From contig OZ220741.1 in the NCBI GenBank assembly GCA_965116885.1, positions 2,368,001-2,432,000 of the forward strand: a stretch of 64,000 nt of DNA, written 5' to 3'. A program made the translations under genes and the position numbers. Origin of the DNA: Candidatus Latescibacterota bacterium (GTDB taxonomy: Bacteria; Latescibacterota; UBA2968). Position 1 is the first letter of the stretch; every line of letters begins with the position of its first letter. The notes beneath the pieces were generated by a model. It was not told where the DNA came from. It saw only the letters and a list, made by a program, of their open reading frames with translations, and did not search any database. Shown one piece after another: positions 1 to 10,667 of this stretch.

Positions 1-600
1 TTCGGAAAACAGATGTAAAAACAGGTGTAAAAGAAATACGCCCCACAGCGCGTGCGCCCAGATCCTGCGCCGATGGGGCGTACAGAATGCCAGAAAATAG
101 GGGATAAAGAACTCAAATCCCACCGCAAACCACTCCGCTATCCCCACAGTTGGTACACCGACAAAAAAACGGTTATGCGTCGGTATGCTCCACACCCACC
201 AACCTGCGGCTGCTGCTCCGCCTTCTACCCCATATCCCACGGCCGCCATTCCCACGCAAGTCATCCCCACCGTGGCCATCATATCGCCTTTAAGTGCAGG
301 TATCCGCGCCAACACCCGCTCTGCCAGCCACCAGCTTACATAGAGGGCAAAAATCCATCCGATTACCGCTTGTAAAGATGCTGAAAATATCTGCACCACC
401 GGCTGCGTGAATACATAGGGCATCACGCCGCCCTGCGATTCGACTGTGATCCAGTGAATCACATTTCCCCGCACGACGCCAAACAGAAACGCCGAGATAA
501 AAAAGCTCAGCGCAATGCGGCGGCCCCGATGGGACCAGGCGTGCCACATCAGCAGGGCTATTGCCACAGCAGAGGGCACAAAAAGCAGAAGCGTTTTCAT
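1..600 (-). CDS. Integral membrane protein, possibly CruF/DUF422-like (carotenoid biosynthesis protein family); runs off the left edge
   Basis: Not in the ORF track. Manual translation from ATG at 600 (RBS AAGAGGAG) gives MKTLLLFVPSAVAIALLMWHAW...GWWVWSIPTHNRFFVGVPTVGIAEWF..., open to the window edge with many hydrophobic segments. The family call is tentative. Confidence 0.6.
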   Translation of the reverse strand, partial: MKTLLLFVPSAVAIALLMWHAWSHRGRRIALSFFISAFLFGVVRGNVIHWITVESQGGVMPYVFTQPVVQIFSASLQAVIGWIFALYVSWWLAERVLARIPALKGDMMATVGMTCVGMAAVGYGVEGGAAAAGWWVWSIPTHNRFFVGVPTVGIAEWFAVGFEFFIPYFLAFCTPHRRRIWAHALWGVFLLHLFLHLFSE

Positions 601-613
601 GGCTCCTCTTGTT

Positions 614-1573
614 TTATATCAGGATGTCCGATTGCGTATGGGGTGCGTGGTTTTTGATAAACCAGAGATAGAGCACCTGACTGTAGGAAAAAAATACCAT
701 CTGTTTTCGGTGAAAAAAGGGTTCCAGTTCTTTTTGCAATTTCCGCAGGTTGTAAAATGGCACGCCCGGAAAATAGTGGTGTTCCAGGTGATATGTCGAA
801 AACAGATAGAGAAAATTCCACATCCAATTGGCCCGCATGAGGGTTGTCCAGTTGGCGATTTCATCCGGGTTTATCACATAGTGCTGTCCCAACCGGTTGA
901 CCGTAAAAGCAATGGGAAAGATAAAAAATACCGGAAAAAGATGCGCTTTGAAAGCAAACCACGGGTCCAGCGTCCAGAACCACGTCAGGATTCCCAGGTG
1001 CAGGATGATTCCCACTGTGCGTTCTCGTTTGATCTGGCGGCACAGTTGCTCTGGATAGCTTTTGAAGGTTTCGGCTACTGCCCGAAAATAAATGGGGAAT
1101 AGCATTGGCGTGCAGTAAAGCAGCTTGAACCACGGCGAGTTGATGCGGGGGGACAGGTGCGCGCGTTTGGGGTCGGCGTGCGTCGAACCCAGGTGATCGT
1201 GATGGTCCAGATGCCACCGCTTGAACTGTGAAAATGCCAGTCCTGAAATCCACCCGTACACGAGTCCCAGGAGGTCGTTGAGGCGGGGCTTCTTGCGGAA
1301 AATGCACCGGTGTACGGATTCGTGTAGCAAAACGGAGAAGCTGAAAATCGCGAATCCCAATAGTACGCTTGCGGGAAACCAGGCCCAGAATGAATCGACG
1401 TGGTAAATCCAGATTGGTAGCCCGACCAGCAGTGCTGTCTGCCGGAAGGCGATCCAGAAGTGCCGCCAGGGCCGCCGCTGGTGCAGGTCTGTCAGCCGTT
1501 CTTCTGGTATTGCTGCCCGCAGTTCCCGGTTTAAGTCTCGCGCATGGTCGTGATATGTCAGTTCCGCCGCCAT
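614..1573 (-). CDS. Membrane fatty acid desaturase family protein
   Basis: Three His boxes (HESVH, HLDHHDH, HLEHH) and TM segments; start MAAELTY at 1573 preceded by GGAGG. Confidence 0.9.
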   Translation of the reverse strand: MAAELTYHDHARDLNRELRAAIPEERLTDLHQRRPWRHFWIAFRQTALLVGLPIWIYHVDSFWAWFPASVLLGFAIFSFSVLLHESVHRCIFRKKPRLNDLLGLVYGWISGLAFSQFKRWHLDHHDHLGSTHADPKRAHLSPRINSPWFKLLYCTPMLFPIYFRAVAETFKSYPEQLCRQIKRERTVGIILHLGILTWFWTLDPWFAFKAHLFPVFFIFPIAFTVNRLGQHYVINPDEIANWTTLMRANWMWNFLYLFSTYHLEHHYFPGVPFYNLRKLQKELEPFFHRKQMVFFSYSQVLYLWFIKNHAPHTQSDILI

Positions 1574-1587
1574 GGCAAACCTCCGCG

Positions 1588-2469
1588 TTAGCCGATTGCA
1601 AATACACACACAAACCCCACATGTCCCGCCATCAATAGCAAATACATGTGTTTCCACGAGATGTGATTGGATTCAAATGTCAATGCTTCGGGGCGCTTCA
1701 ACATCAACCAGCCGACATACCCACCCCAAAGTGCCAGAGAGCCAAGCCACTGCGCGCTCGACGGTACCCATTCCCACATTGCGCCAATGGGAATGAGCGC
1801 AAAAGGCAATACCAGAAAAGGCAGTATCAGCCAGGCTGCTCGCCGAGGTCCCAATAGCACGGGTAGGGTCTTCATGCCGTAGGCGCGGTCTCCTTCCACA
1901 TCTACGAAATCTTTGGTATTGCTGGCGCCAAACACGTAGAGGCCGAATACCAGGCCCACAAACCAGGGTGCCGGGTGCCATATAGGTTCCACAGCCGCCC
2001 AGCCGCCCACGGGTAGCAAACACCCCCGTCCAAATCCCAGTGCCAGGCTCGAAGAGAGTGCGTGCCGTTTTAGCCGCAGGGGCGGTGCTGAATAGGCCAG
2101 TGTGAGCAATGCGCCCACCGCGAAGATGCCCAGCAAGCGGGGATGTACCAGATAGGCAAGGCCCAGGGCGATGATATAGCACGCGGTTCCCAGCAGTGCT
2201 GCCCCCCGCATGGATACGCTCCCCGAGGGCAAGGGGCGGGTGGGTTTGTTGATTCGATCAATTTCCAGGTCGCAGCACTGGTTGATGATGTTCGATCCCG
2301 CATTCAGGATTGTAACTGCCAGCGTGCCTACCAGGCCTGCTGTTGGGATCTCTCCACCGGTGGCCATTGCCGATCCCGCGAGAAATCCCACGGCAGGTGC
2401 CAGTAGTGTGAATGGGCGCGCGAGTACCACAAAGGCGCGGAATCCATTTTGTTCCATAGAATTGCTCAT
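1588..2469 (-). CDS. UbiA-family prenyltransferase (DGGGP synthase/chlorophyll synthase-like motifs)
   Basis: Asp-rich motifs NQCCDLEIDRINKPTRPLPSG and KDFVDVEGD; multiple TM helices. Confidence 0.9.
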   Translation of the reverse strand: MSNSMEQNGFRAFVVLARPFTLLAPAVGFLAGSAMATGGEIPTAGLVGTLAVTILNAGSNIINQCCDLEIDRINKPTRPLPSGSVSMRGAALLGTACYIIALGLAYLVHPRLLGIFAVGALLTLAYSAPPLRLKRHALSSSLALGFGRGCLLPVGGWAAVEPIWHPAPWFVGLVFGLYVFGASNTKDFVDVEGDRAYGMKTLPVLLGPRRAAWLILPFLVLPFALIPIGAMWEWVPSSAQWLGSLALWGGYVGWLMLKRPEALTFESNHISWKHMYLLLMAGHVGFVCVFAIG

Positions 2470-4892
2470 TCGCTTTGGGCCTTTGCTCCCTGCTTATCCA
2501 CTACGTAAAAACGGGCTGTTTTGTACACTTCAATGTCGCGGTTTAGATCTTTTACGGCGACGACTACTTCGTGTTGTCCGGGTGCGATGTCTCCCAAATC
2601 CAGTTCTACAAAATTTTCGCTTTTCGTTTGTGTGCCCGTCTGCTCGTATCGAATCGTCACCTCTTCTCTGCTACCGCCCGATAGCATCCGACCCAGTCCG
2701 GACAGCGCGCGGATCAGCAGCGGCGTATGGTTGGCGTCTCGCACTGTATAGGCGACTTCGTAGCGCGTTTGTCCAAACGAGTCGCGCAACAAATTGTAGA
2801 TTTCAAAATAAATAAAAAATGATGTTTCCTGGTAAAATATCCGACCCGGTGAGGGATCTACCCGGAAGCCCGATCTCACAAACTGGCCCGCGGTTCCCGA
2901 ATCTATCTGAGCCACTGCACGGGCTACCTGAATGCCGCTGACCATCAGTGTATCCCGGTTGTATGAAACTACCGGTACAGCTTTTTGATAAACGCCCATC
3001 AAATCCGCTTCTGGTCGCCAGACTTGAACGGCGAGCGTATAATCGCCTGGCGGTACGTCCATTGGAAATTCTTCTACCAGTACGGATCTGCTGCCTCGCG
3101 GTGCCATGACTTCAACATCGCCCTGTACGCGATAGACCTGTCCAGAGCGCTCGTTGATCAGGGCGACCCGCCGCTGTACCTGCGCCGTGTCGCTGGCACC
3201 CTGTACATAGAGGTTGCGGGTGGGTACTCCCATAAATACCCGAATTTCTGTATTGTCGTCTGTTCCCATAAAATCCACTGTATCAAAATGAAAATCCAGT
3301 GGTTCGTAATAACTGATGTTATAGACCTCGGGCACATCCCGGGTGATGCGGGGCATGAAGACGGTTGGCGAATATTCCGAGAACAGGCGCGATATCCGCA
3401 GTGTCTGGTCGTGTCCAAAACGTTCCAGTCGGTCCCGGTCTTCTGTGGTCAGAACGGGCGGTGGCGCGTAATCGTAACGCCCGGAGGTAAATTCGTCGGT
3501 AAATACCACTTCGATGCCTCCGCCGATGCGGGTGTAAAACCACACTTCCCATTTTACGGTCATCCCGGCAATGCCCGTTGTCACGGGTTTGTACCCGTAA
3601 AATCCCAGGGTGTCTTCAGCCGCCATGCCCGCGCGGGCTTGCATGGAGCCTTCAAAGGGCATGCGGGGCAGGTCGTCCAGTTCGGGGTTGTCTTCGTCGA
3701 TGATGTTTATAAATCGTTCTGTTTTCACTGGATATACAGGTCCCAGAAACGTGTGGTGTACACCATCGGGACCGTAGAGCCGGCGGGCGAGTTCCGTCTG
3801 GATGATTCCGACAGATTGGGGTACGTTGAGGTTTAATGAGCGGGATGTCGAGCGGTGGTCTGGTTCCCCGTAGCGGATATAGACCTCACCTCGCCGATCA
3901 TAGGGGAACTGCTTTCGTCCGTAGTTTTCCCGCGCATAGAGTACCCGCCGATAATGCTCGCACCAGCGCATCAGCCCGCCACTGGCTTTCAGGGGGTCTT
4001 TTCTCAGCCAGAATCGCCGCAGGAAATCGCGCTGCCGCTCTGGTGGGGTTTGTCGATAGGCCTCCGCTTCCCTGGGTGTCGCCACTATCGAAATATCCCA
4101 GTAGAGTCCTCCCTCCTCTTCGGATAGCGTAGAGATATATTCTTCAAAAGCGATGAGCGCGTCTTCGAAGTTGCCCCGCTCCATGAGTATTTGTCCCAGG
4201 ATCGCATAGCCTCGCGGGTCTTCCAGCCGACCCAGCAGGCGTTCGGCTTCTGCCTTTTTGCCCGATTCGGCCAGGCTGCGGATAAACAGGTAGGCCGCTT
4301 CCTGGTCTTTGGGCTGGCGCTTGAGGTACTGGTCGTAATAATGAATTGCCACTTGATCCAATTTGTCGTCCTGGTAGAGCTGACCCAGTAGCAGATATCC
4401 CGGTGCGTATTCGGGATCGATCTGGATCGCCCGTCCCGCCGCTTTTATGGCATTTCCGGTTTCCGATATTCGATAGAGGCGGGCGAGGTGGTAATACACT
4501 TTTGCCTGGGTCGAGTCCAGTGCTACCGTCTTTTGCAAATGAGAGCGGGCACCCCGCCAGTCGTTTTTCAGATCCAGGTAGGCCAGCCCCAGCCCCAGGT
4601 GCGCTTCCACCCACCCCGAATCGGCCTGTACTGCTTTGCGAAATGCTTTGATAGCGTCGTCGGCCTGTTTAGATTGGAGGTGAAGTTGTCCGATCATGGT
4701 CAGCACCCGCGCAGGCTGGGGTTGTTGCCCGGCGATCTTTTCCAGATTTTTGACGGCCTGTTTTATACTGTCTTTGTGCGAGACTTGTAATGCCCGGGCG
4801 TAAATCGATTCGGCGTCCTGGGCATGTACCGTTCCGGTTCCGCACAGTCCGATAAAAAGGCTAAGCGCAATATAAAAATAATAATTTTTCAT
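2466..4892 (-). CDS. Secreted TPR + GWxTD-like domain protein
   Basis: Signal peptide, N-terminal TPRs, then FWLRKDP...EHYRRVLYARENY...DRRGEVYIRYGEPD...WEVWFY, and a C-terminal beta domain (YFEIYNL..FGQTRY). Confidence 0.85.
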   Translation of the reverse strand: MKNYYFYIALSLFIGLCGTGTVHAQDAESIYARALQVSHKDSIKQAVKNLEKIAGQQPQPARVLTMIGQLHLQSKQADDAIKAFRKAVQADSGWVEAHLGLGLAYLDLKNDWRGARSHLQKTVALDSTQAKVYYHLARLYRISETGNAIKAAGRAIQIDPEYAPGYLLLGQLYQDDKLDQVAIHYYDQYLKRQPKDQEAAYLFIRSLAESGKKAEAERLLGRLEDPRGYAILGQILMERGNFEDALIAFEEYISTLSEEEGGLYWDISIVATPREAEAYRQTPPERQRDFLRRFWLRKDPLKASGGLMRWCEHYRRVLYARENYGRKQFPYDRRGEVYIRYGEPDHRSTSRSLNLNVPQSVGIIQTELARRLYGPDGVHHTFLGPVYPVKTERFINIIDEDNPELDDLPRMPFEGSMQARAGMAAEDTLGFYGYKPVTTGIAGMTVKWEVWFYTRIGGGIEVVFTDEFTSGRYDYAPPPVLTTEDRDRLERFGHDQTLRISRLFSEYSPTVFMPRITRDVPEVYNISYYEPLDFHFDTVDFMGTDDNTEIRVFMGVPTRNLYVQGASDTAQVQRRVALINERSGQVYRVQGDVEVMAPRGSRSVLVEEFPMDVPPGDYTLAVQVWRPEADLMGVYQKAVPVVSYNRDTLMVSGIQVARAVAQIDSGTAGQFVRSGFRVDPSPGRIFYQETSFFIYFEIYNLLRDSFGQTRYEVAYTVRDANHTPLLIRALSGLGRMLSGGSREEVTIRYEQTGTQTKSENFVELDLGDIAPGQHEVVVAVKDLNRDIEVYKTARFYVVDKQGAKAQSE

Positions 4893-5062
4893 TGTGTTGT
4901 GTTCACAAGATATGTGATCCTTCGCAAGGTGTCTCTAAAGTATAACAAAAAACCAAAATGGAATCGCTGTTTTTTCGTGCTGGTCTTTCTTCAGTTAAGG
5001 CTGCAATTGCATTTTTTTGCTACACGCCTTAGATTGTGGATTGAACTGTCCAGGAGCTTTCC

Positions 5063-7081
5063 ATGCGTGTCATTATTTTATTTTTCATTTTGCTAATACC
5101 TCTATCGGCTCACAGTCGCCCGGTGGTCGCGGTTTTGCCTTTTGAAGAGGCGAATACCGATTGGCTCTCAGAGGGTATGGCCTGGAGTTTGTCGGATAAG
5201 CTCCGCCGCGTGTCGGCACTGCAAATGGTCGATTCCGACCGGCTGAATGCCGCTCTGTCTAAATATCAGATGCCTGTGCAGATTGGCCAGTCGGCGGGTG
5301 CAACACTGGTTCTGTACGGTGCCTGTCGGCTGCAGAAAGACCAGCTTCAGATCTCTGCCCGCGTTTTGCGGGTTGATACCGATGAGGTTCTGGATCTGGG
5401 AGAGGTGGGAGGTCCGACCGCGTCTCTGTTTGCCCTGCAGGATAGCGTGATTCGCCGCTTCCTGGACGGTGTTGGTCTCAGTGCTACCGATAGCGAATGG
5501 GAGGCGATTCTTCGCAAACCCACTCATTCAGTTCAGGCTTATGCCCACTGGGTGCGCGCCCGGAGTATGCTGACTGGCGATGCCGAGGATCCGGATGTTG
5601 TGCGCGATCACCTCGACCGCGCCCTTGCCGAGGATGCCGATTATGCCGATGCCCATAGCCACCTGGGGTTGCTTTTTGTCGCGCAACGCCGGTTCAAAGA
5701 AGCGCTCGGTGCCCTGCAGACCGCTGTGCGTCTCAAGCCGGATGATCCACTGATCCGCTACAATCTGGGGGTGACTTATGCCAGTTTGGGGCAGCCCGAT
5801 CGCGCTGCTGTCGCGTTTCGGGATGCGATCCGCCTCGTGCCGGATGATCCCATTACCCACTACAATCTGGGTATTCTACACTATCTTCAGGGCAATCACG
5901 AGGCTGCTATTGCGCCTTTGCAGACGGCGGTTCGTCTCAAGCCAGATTTCGCGGTTGCTTATCTAAACCTGGGTATTGTCCTGGCCAATACGCAATCCTT
6001 TTCCCGCGCGGAAGACGCACTGAAAGAGGCGATTCGCCTGTCTCCCGAAAATGCCGACGCGTACTACAATCTGGGCGTTGTCTATATCGAGATGGGGCAT
6101 GGCGATCAGGCGACCGAAGTGTTAGAGCGAGCCATCTCGCACAATCCAGAGCACGCCGATGCCCATTTTAATCTGGGGCGCGCTTATGAGGCACTGGGCC
6201 GCTATGATGAAGCCGTCGCTGCCTTCAAACAGGCGGCTCAATTCAATCCCGATTATGCCGATTTGCACTTTAATCTGGGCATTGCCCATACCGAGGCCGG
6301 GCGTTTTGAGGAGGCTATTCGCACCCTGCACACTGCCCGCCGGATCTATCCGCAAGATCCGCTTATCTATCACAATATGGGTATTGTGTATCGAAATGCC
6401 GCGCGTTTTGAAGAGGCGGAAAATGCTTTTCGAGAAGCGCTGCGTCTCAATCCCCATCTGGCCGATATTCACCTGTCTCTGGGCAGTTTGCAACTGGATA
6501 TGGGGCGCTATGAGCAGGGTCTTTCAGCCATTCGAGAGGCTGTGCGCTTGACGCCCAAAAATGCCGATGCCCACCGCTATCTGGGCGAGGCTCTGGCTTA
6601 TTTGAAGCAGTATCCAGATGCGATTCGGGCTTTCCGAAAAGCCATTGAGCTTAAGGGCGACGATGGAGAAGCCCATCTCGGCCTGGGCATGATCTATTTG
6701 CATACCGGGCAAAAAACCGCGGCTACTTCTGCTCTCAAAACGGGTCTTCGACTCAGTCCCGGACACCCCGATTCTCTGGCTATTGCCCGCGAGATCGCGC
6801 GGTTGCAGAAGCAGCCTGAGCAGGTGAGTTCCCATCTGAACCGCGCCCGCGCTTTTGAGGATGCCGGGCTTTTGGACGAAGCGATTGATTCCTATCGCAA
6901 AGCCGCCAGTCTCAGTCCCGAGAATGCCGATATTCAGCACGCCCTGGGCATGGCTTGTCTGCGGGCGAATCGTCCGGAAGACGCGCTGCCCGCTTTTCGG
7001 AAGGTTCTCGGGCTTCGTCCAGATCATCCCGATGCAAATCTCATCCGTGATTTTATTCGCCGCATGGAAGAGGGACAATGA
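5063..7081 (+). CDS. Secreted TPR-repeat protein with N-terminal TolB-N/FlgO-like domain
   Basis: Signal peptide, VAVLPF motif, then many TPR repeats (YNLGV.Y...G). Confidence 0.85.
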   Translation: MRVIILFFILLIPLSAHSRPVVAVLPFEEANTDWLSEGMAWSLSDKLRRVSALQMVDSDRLNAALSKYQMPVQIGQSAGATLVLYGACRLQKDQLQISARVLRVDTDEVLDLGEVGGPTASLFALQDSVIRRFLDGVGLSATDSEWEAILRKPTHSVQAYAHWVRARSMLTGDAEDPDVVRDHLDRALAEDADYADAHSHLGLLFVAQRRFKEALGALQTAVRLKPDDPLIRYNLGVTYASLGQPDRAAVAFRDAIRLVPDDPITHYNLGILHYLQGNHEAAIAPLQTAVRLKPDFAVAYLNLGIVLANTQSFSRAEDALKEAIRLSPENADAYYNLGVVYIEMGHGDQATEVLERAISHNPEHADAHFNLGRAYEALGRYDEAVAAFKQAAQFNPDYADLHFNLGIAHTEAGRFEEAIRTLHTARRIYPQDPLIYHNMGIVYRNAARFEEAENAFREALRLNPHLADIHLSLGSLQLDMGRYEQGLSAIREAVRLTPKNADAHRYLGEALAYLKQYPDAIRAFRKAIELKGDDGEAHLGLGMIYLHTGQKTAATSALKTGLRLSPGHPDSLAIAREIARLQKQPEQVSSHLNRARAFEDAGLLDEAIDSYRKAASLSPENADIQHALGMACLRANRPEDALPAFRKVLGLRPDHPDANLIRDFIRRMEEGQ

Positions 7082-8694
7082 CCATGATTCGCGTCGCGTT
7101 GTTCCTGTTCCTGTTTTGCGCGCCCCATTCTATCGCCGCTGATGCCATCCGTTTTACTGAAATGGCGGAGAAGGCGGGTATCCATTTTGTCCACAGTACC
7201 GGAGCCAGAGGCGGATGGCACTATATCGAGACGATGGGGTCCGGCTGTGCGCTTTTCGACGCGGATGGCGATGGGGACCTGGATCTCTATCTGGTCAATG
7301 GTGCCAATTTGCCCGGACAACCGGTTCAAGGTAGCAATGCGCTGTATCGCAATGATACGGATAAAACGATTCGCTTGACTGATATTACTGAATTTTCGGG
7401 TGTGCCTGGCCGGGGCTACGGCATGGGTTGTACTGTGGGCGATGTAGATAATGATGGCGATCTGGATCTCTACGTTACCGGCTATCCCGAAAATATTCTG
7501 TATGTGAACAATGGCGATGCCACTTTCAAAGACGCTTCACAGCAGGCGAATGTGACCGCAGGCGGCTGGAGCGCGGGGGCGGTTTTTTTCGATTTTGAGG
7601 CCGATGGGGATCTGGATCTCTATGTGGTGCGCTATCTCGCGTACGATCCCGCTCGCGAGCCGGTGTGTGAACGCAGTGGCGTGCGGACCTATTGCGCGCC
7701 GTACCGATTTCGAGGTGCTCCCGATTTGTTGTATCTGAATAATGGCGATGGCACATTTGAAGATATTTCTCAGCGAGCCGGTATCGCCGATCTTCATGGC
7801 AAGGGTCTGGGCGTGCTCACGCTGGATTACGACCGGGATGGCGATACCGATCTCTATATCGCCAATGATACGACGCCCAATTTTCTCTACCGAAATGACG
7901 GCGATCGCTTTACGGAAGTCGGCCTCAAAGTGGGTGTGAGCACAAGTGCTTCAGGCCGCCCGCAAGCTGGCATGGGCGTGGATGCTGGCGATGTGGATGG
8001 CGATGGCCGCACGGATCTTATTGTTACCAATTTTTCCTATGAGTCAAATGCTTTCTATCACCACACAGAACTGGGTGTTTTTGCAGAGGCCAGTGCCCGC
8101 CTGGGTCTTGTGGGACCGAGTACGCTTCCTCTGGGTTTTGGCACACATTTCTTTGATGCGGATAGCGATGGGAATCTGGATCTTTTTGTGGCCAATGGTC
8201 ATATTTTTCCCAATGTATCGGATTTCTCTTCTGCCGAGTCCTACCCTCAGACCGATCAGTTTTTCCGCTATACCGCAGGTGTGTTTGACGACGTTTCCGA
8301 ATCGGCGGGTTTCACATTGCCTGCTGTCAGCCGGGGTTCGGCGCTGGGCGATATAGATGCCGATGGCGATCTGGATCTGGTTGTGCTCGTCGCCGATGCC
8401 CGTCCGCATCTCTACAGGAATGATACGCCGTCTGCCTATCCATGGGTTATTGTTGAGCTAAAGAGCGCGAATCGCAGTGCGATTGGTGCTCGCGTCACCC
8501 TTACGGCAGGTGGGCGTACCCAATCTCGAGAGGTGCGAAGCCAATCAGGGTATCTCTCTTCTGGAGATCCGCGTCTCCATTTCGGTCTGGGTGATGCCGA
8601 ACAGATTGATCGTCTCGATATCTGGTGGCCCTCTGGACGCACCCAAACTCTGAGCAATTTGTCGCCGAATCAGATTCTGGTCATTGAGGAATAG
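7078..8694 (+). CDS. CRTAC1 family protein (FG-GAP/VCBS-like repeats + ASPIC/UnbV domain)
   Basis: Repeated DxDGDGDLDLY motifs; C-terminal SGYLSSGDPRLHFGLG...IWWPSG. Confidence 0.9.
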   Translation: MTMIRVALFLFLFCAPHSIAADAIRFTEMAEKAGIHFVHSTGARGGWHYIETMGSGCALFDADGDGDLDLYLVNGANLPGQPVQGSNALYRNDTDKTIRLTDITEFSGVPGRGYGMGCTVGDVDNDGDLDLYVTGYPENILYVNNGDATFKDASQQANVTAGGWSAGAVFFDFEADGDLDLYVVRYLAYDPAREPVCERSGVRTYCAPYRFRGAPDLLYLNNGDGTFEDISQRAGIADLHGKGLGVLTLDYDRDGDTDLYIANDTTPNFLYRNDGDRFTEVGLKVGVSTSASGRPQAGMGVDAGDVDGDGRTDLIVTNFSYESNAFYHHTELGVFAEASARLGLVGPSTLPLGFGTHFFDADSDGNLDLFVANGHIFPNVSDFSSAESYPQTDQFFRYTAGVFDDVSESAGFTLPAVSRGSALGDIDADGDLDLVVLVADARPHLYRNDTPSAYPWVIVELKSANRSAIGARVTLTAGGRTQSREVRSQSGYLSSGDPRLHFGLGDAEQIDRLDIWWPSGRTQTLSNLSPNQILVIEE

Positions 8695-8696
8695 GC

Positions 8697-10649
8697 TTAC
8701 CATCCGTGTACAAAGTGTCCACTTCCGGGAAACCAGATCGCATCCACGACACTCGACGCTCCCACGCCCAACAGGTATCCCACTACTATTCCATAGGAAA
8801 ATGGCATCGATCGCCGGTAAAGTCCCACGCCCCCAAATTTGAGGGTCAGTGCTTTGACGAGCCATACGACAAAAATAGCGAATCCGTACGTATGACTCGG
8901 GAAGGCGAGTCCCACCGGGTGAATCGGCCAGGAAGCGAACCGGGTATTCAAGACTGTCAGCAGGCCCGCTTCTCCGACTCCGAATAGCCAGACCAGCAGT
9001 TTCTGAAAATCAAAATATGTGGGTTCTGTCCCCTCAATGATGCCTACTTGTCCCAGCATTACAGTCCAGTCGTACATATAGGCCGCGTTTAGACCGCCTT
9101 CTGTATAACACAAATAAAGCTGGGCACCGCAGGCTATGGCATAGGCGGTGAGCAGAGAGATGGGCAGAGCACATACGACCAGAAAACGGCGTTTCAGGGC
9201 TTGTTGCAATAGCCGAAAAAAATGTGGAATGGCCGGTATCGACAGCATTCGTCCCGAATGCGCGGCCAATCCGCCGCGGTTTAACACCATTATCCCCGTC
9301 AGGTCGGAGGGGGAAAAATTGGCTGTTCCCAGAAGCGTCTTGAGTATCGGTCCACCTTTCTGCCCCTGGGGTGATAGAAATACGAATCCCGTGGCTGCCG
9401 CGTATTTGGCCACGCCAAAGTAGATCACGAAAAACAGTGAAAGCTGTAGCAGTGCCGCGACGGGTCGCATGTCCAGAGATATCATCCAGCCTGTGAGAAA
9501 TGCAAATGCCGCGCTGAATCCCAGCCAGGCCGTGCGGTAGGTCACGGGCGTTCCATCGTCTTTGCTCCGGTCGTCTGATAATGCCTTTTGCAGGGTTTCT
9601 TTCAGGTGTCCTCTGGCTACCCAGACCGACCAGATCACGAGAAAGACCAGTGCGCCGTGCGCCTCAAGCATCCGAATTTCTCCCGAGGTTGCCGCCTGCC
9701 CCTGCATGCCCACTGTAAATCCCGTTCGGTCCATCAGTGCTTGTTTGAAAATATTGAGTACAAAAAAGGTCCACACGCTCAGCAGTATATTTAGCGGACA
9801 CAGGTAAGCCAATCCCATCAAAAGGGGCTGAATCCTCAGGTATAAGGTCGGAAAATCGCGCCCGATGTGTACGGCTTTGGTCAAATAGTGATCGTATATC
9901 CCAATGCGCGGAATTGTGAGAATAAAATACCCGGCAATATTCCAGAAAATCACACCGGCTGTACACGCAAAGCCCATCCAGAAAACGGGTGTTCGGAACA
10001 CGATGGGCAGTCGGTGTGAAGGTTCTTCCCGGAGCAGTTCCAGGGGCATTGTCGCCAGGGGAAATGTCAACCGTTCCCGTTCCACCCACTGTTTGTAGAA
10101 CAACACACTTGCAAAAAAGCCGGCCATTACGAGTGCTACAGTTCCGGCAAACCACCAGAACAGCGGGGTTAGCCAGTTGCGCCACGGGATGGATTCCTCT
10201 GATCCCAGTCCTACGTACAGCTTTTCTACTACCATATCTCCCGGCTCAAAAAATAGCCAGCGGGGCATATAGGCCCCCACGACCTCCCAGAATCGGTTTT
10301 CCGGTGAAGAAAAAGCGGATGGTGCTGAAATATCCGTAATCAAGTACCCGGCCCAGCCCACTGCCGGTGCGGTACCCACCATCCAGACCATTCCAAAAAT
10401 CACCATCACTTCTGTGCGCGACAGGGCAAAGCGAGGCAAAATGAGCTTTAAAACTGTGTTGATCCCCACCCACAACACCAGTGGTAGCAACGCGGTGACG
10501 GGCACGAAGCTTTTCATCAGATTTCGCCCGAAGTAGGTCGCGTACAAACACATGCCCGCAATTGTGATCAGCCCCAGTACAAAAGCCCGAATGGTGAGCG
10601 ATTCAGATGCTGTTGATGCTTTTCTTTGAGGTTCCGGTGCCGAAGCCAT
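8697..10649 (-). CDS. Polytopic membrane protein (DUF6785/DUF6784-like putative peptide transporter)
   Basis: Many TM segments; motifs QWVERERLTFPL and WPIHPVG typical of this family. Confidence 0.7.
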   Translation of the reverse strand: MASAPEPQRKASTASESLTIRAFVLGLITIAGMCLYATYFGRNLMKSFVPVTALLPLVLWVGINTVLKLILPRFALSRTEVMVIFGMVWMVGTAPAVGWAGYLITDISAPSAFSSPENRFWEVVGAYMPRWLFFEPGDMVVEKLYVGLGSEESIPWRNWLTPLFWWFAGTVALVMAGFFASVLFYKQWVERERLTFPLATMPLELLREEPSHRLPIVFRTPVFWMGFACTAGVIFWNIAGYFILTIPRIGIYDHYLTKAVHIGRDFPTLYLRIQPLLMGLAYLCPLNILLSVWTFFVLNIFKQALMDRTGFTVGMQGQAATSGEIRMLEAHGALVFLVIWSVWVARGHLKETLQKALSDDRSKDDGTPVTYRTAWLGFSAAFAFLTGWMISLDMRPVAALLQLSLFFVIYFGVAKYAAATGFVFLSPQGQKGGPILKTLLGTANFSPSDLTGIMVLNRGGLAAHSGRMLSIPAIPHFFRLLQQALKRRFLVVCALPISLLTAYAIACGAQLYLCYTEGGLNAAYMYDWTVMLGQVGIIEGTEPTYFDFQKLLVWLFGVGEAGLLTVLNTRFASWPIHPVGLAFPSHTYGFAIFVVWLVKALTLKFGGVGLYRRSMPFSYGIVVGYLLGVGASSVVDAIWFPGSGHFVHGW

Positions 10650-10667
10650 ATTCGCAAACCCCGTCTC

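Noticed and set aside
2985..3836. 283-aa plus-strand ORF and similar long antisense ORFs (861-1622, 13728-14405, 16073-16795)
   Set aside because: Each overlaps a well-supported gene on the same or opposite strand, as expected in GC-rich coding DNA.
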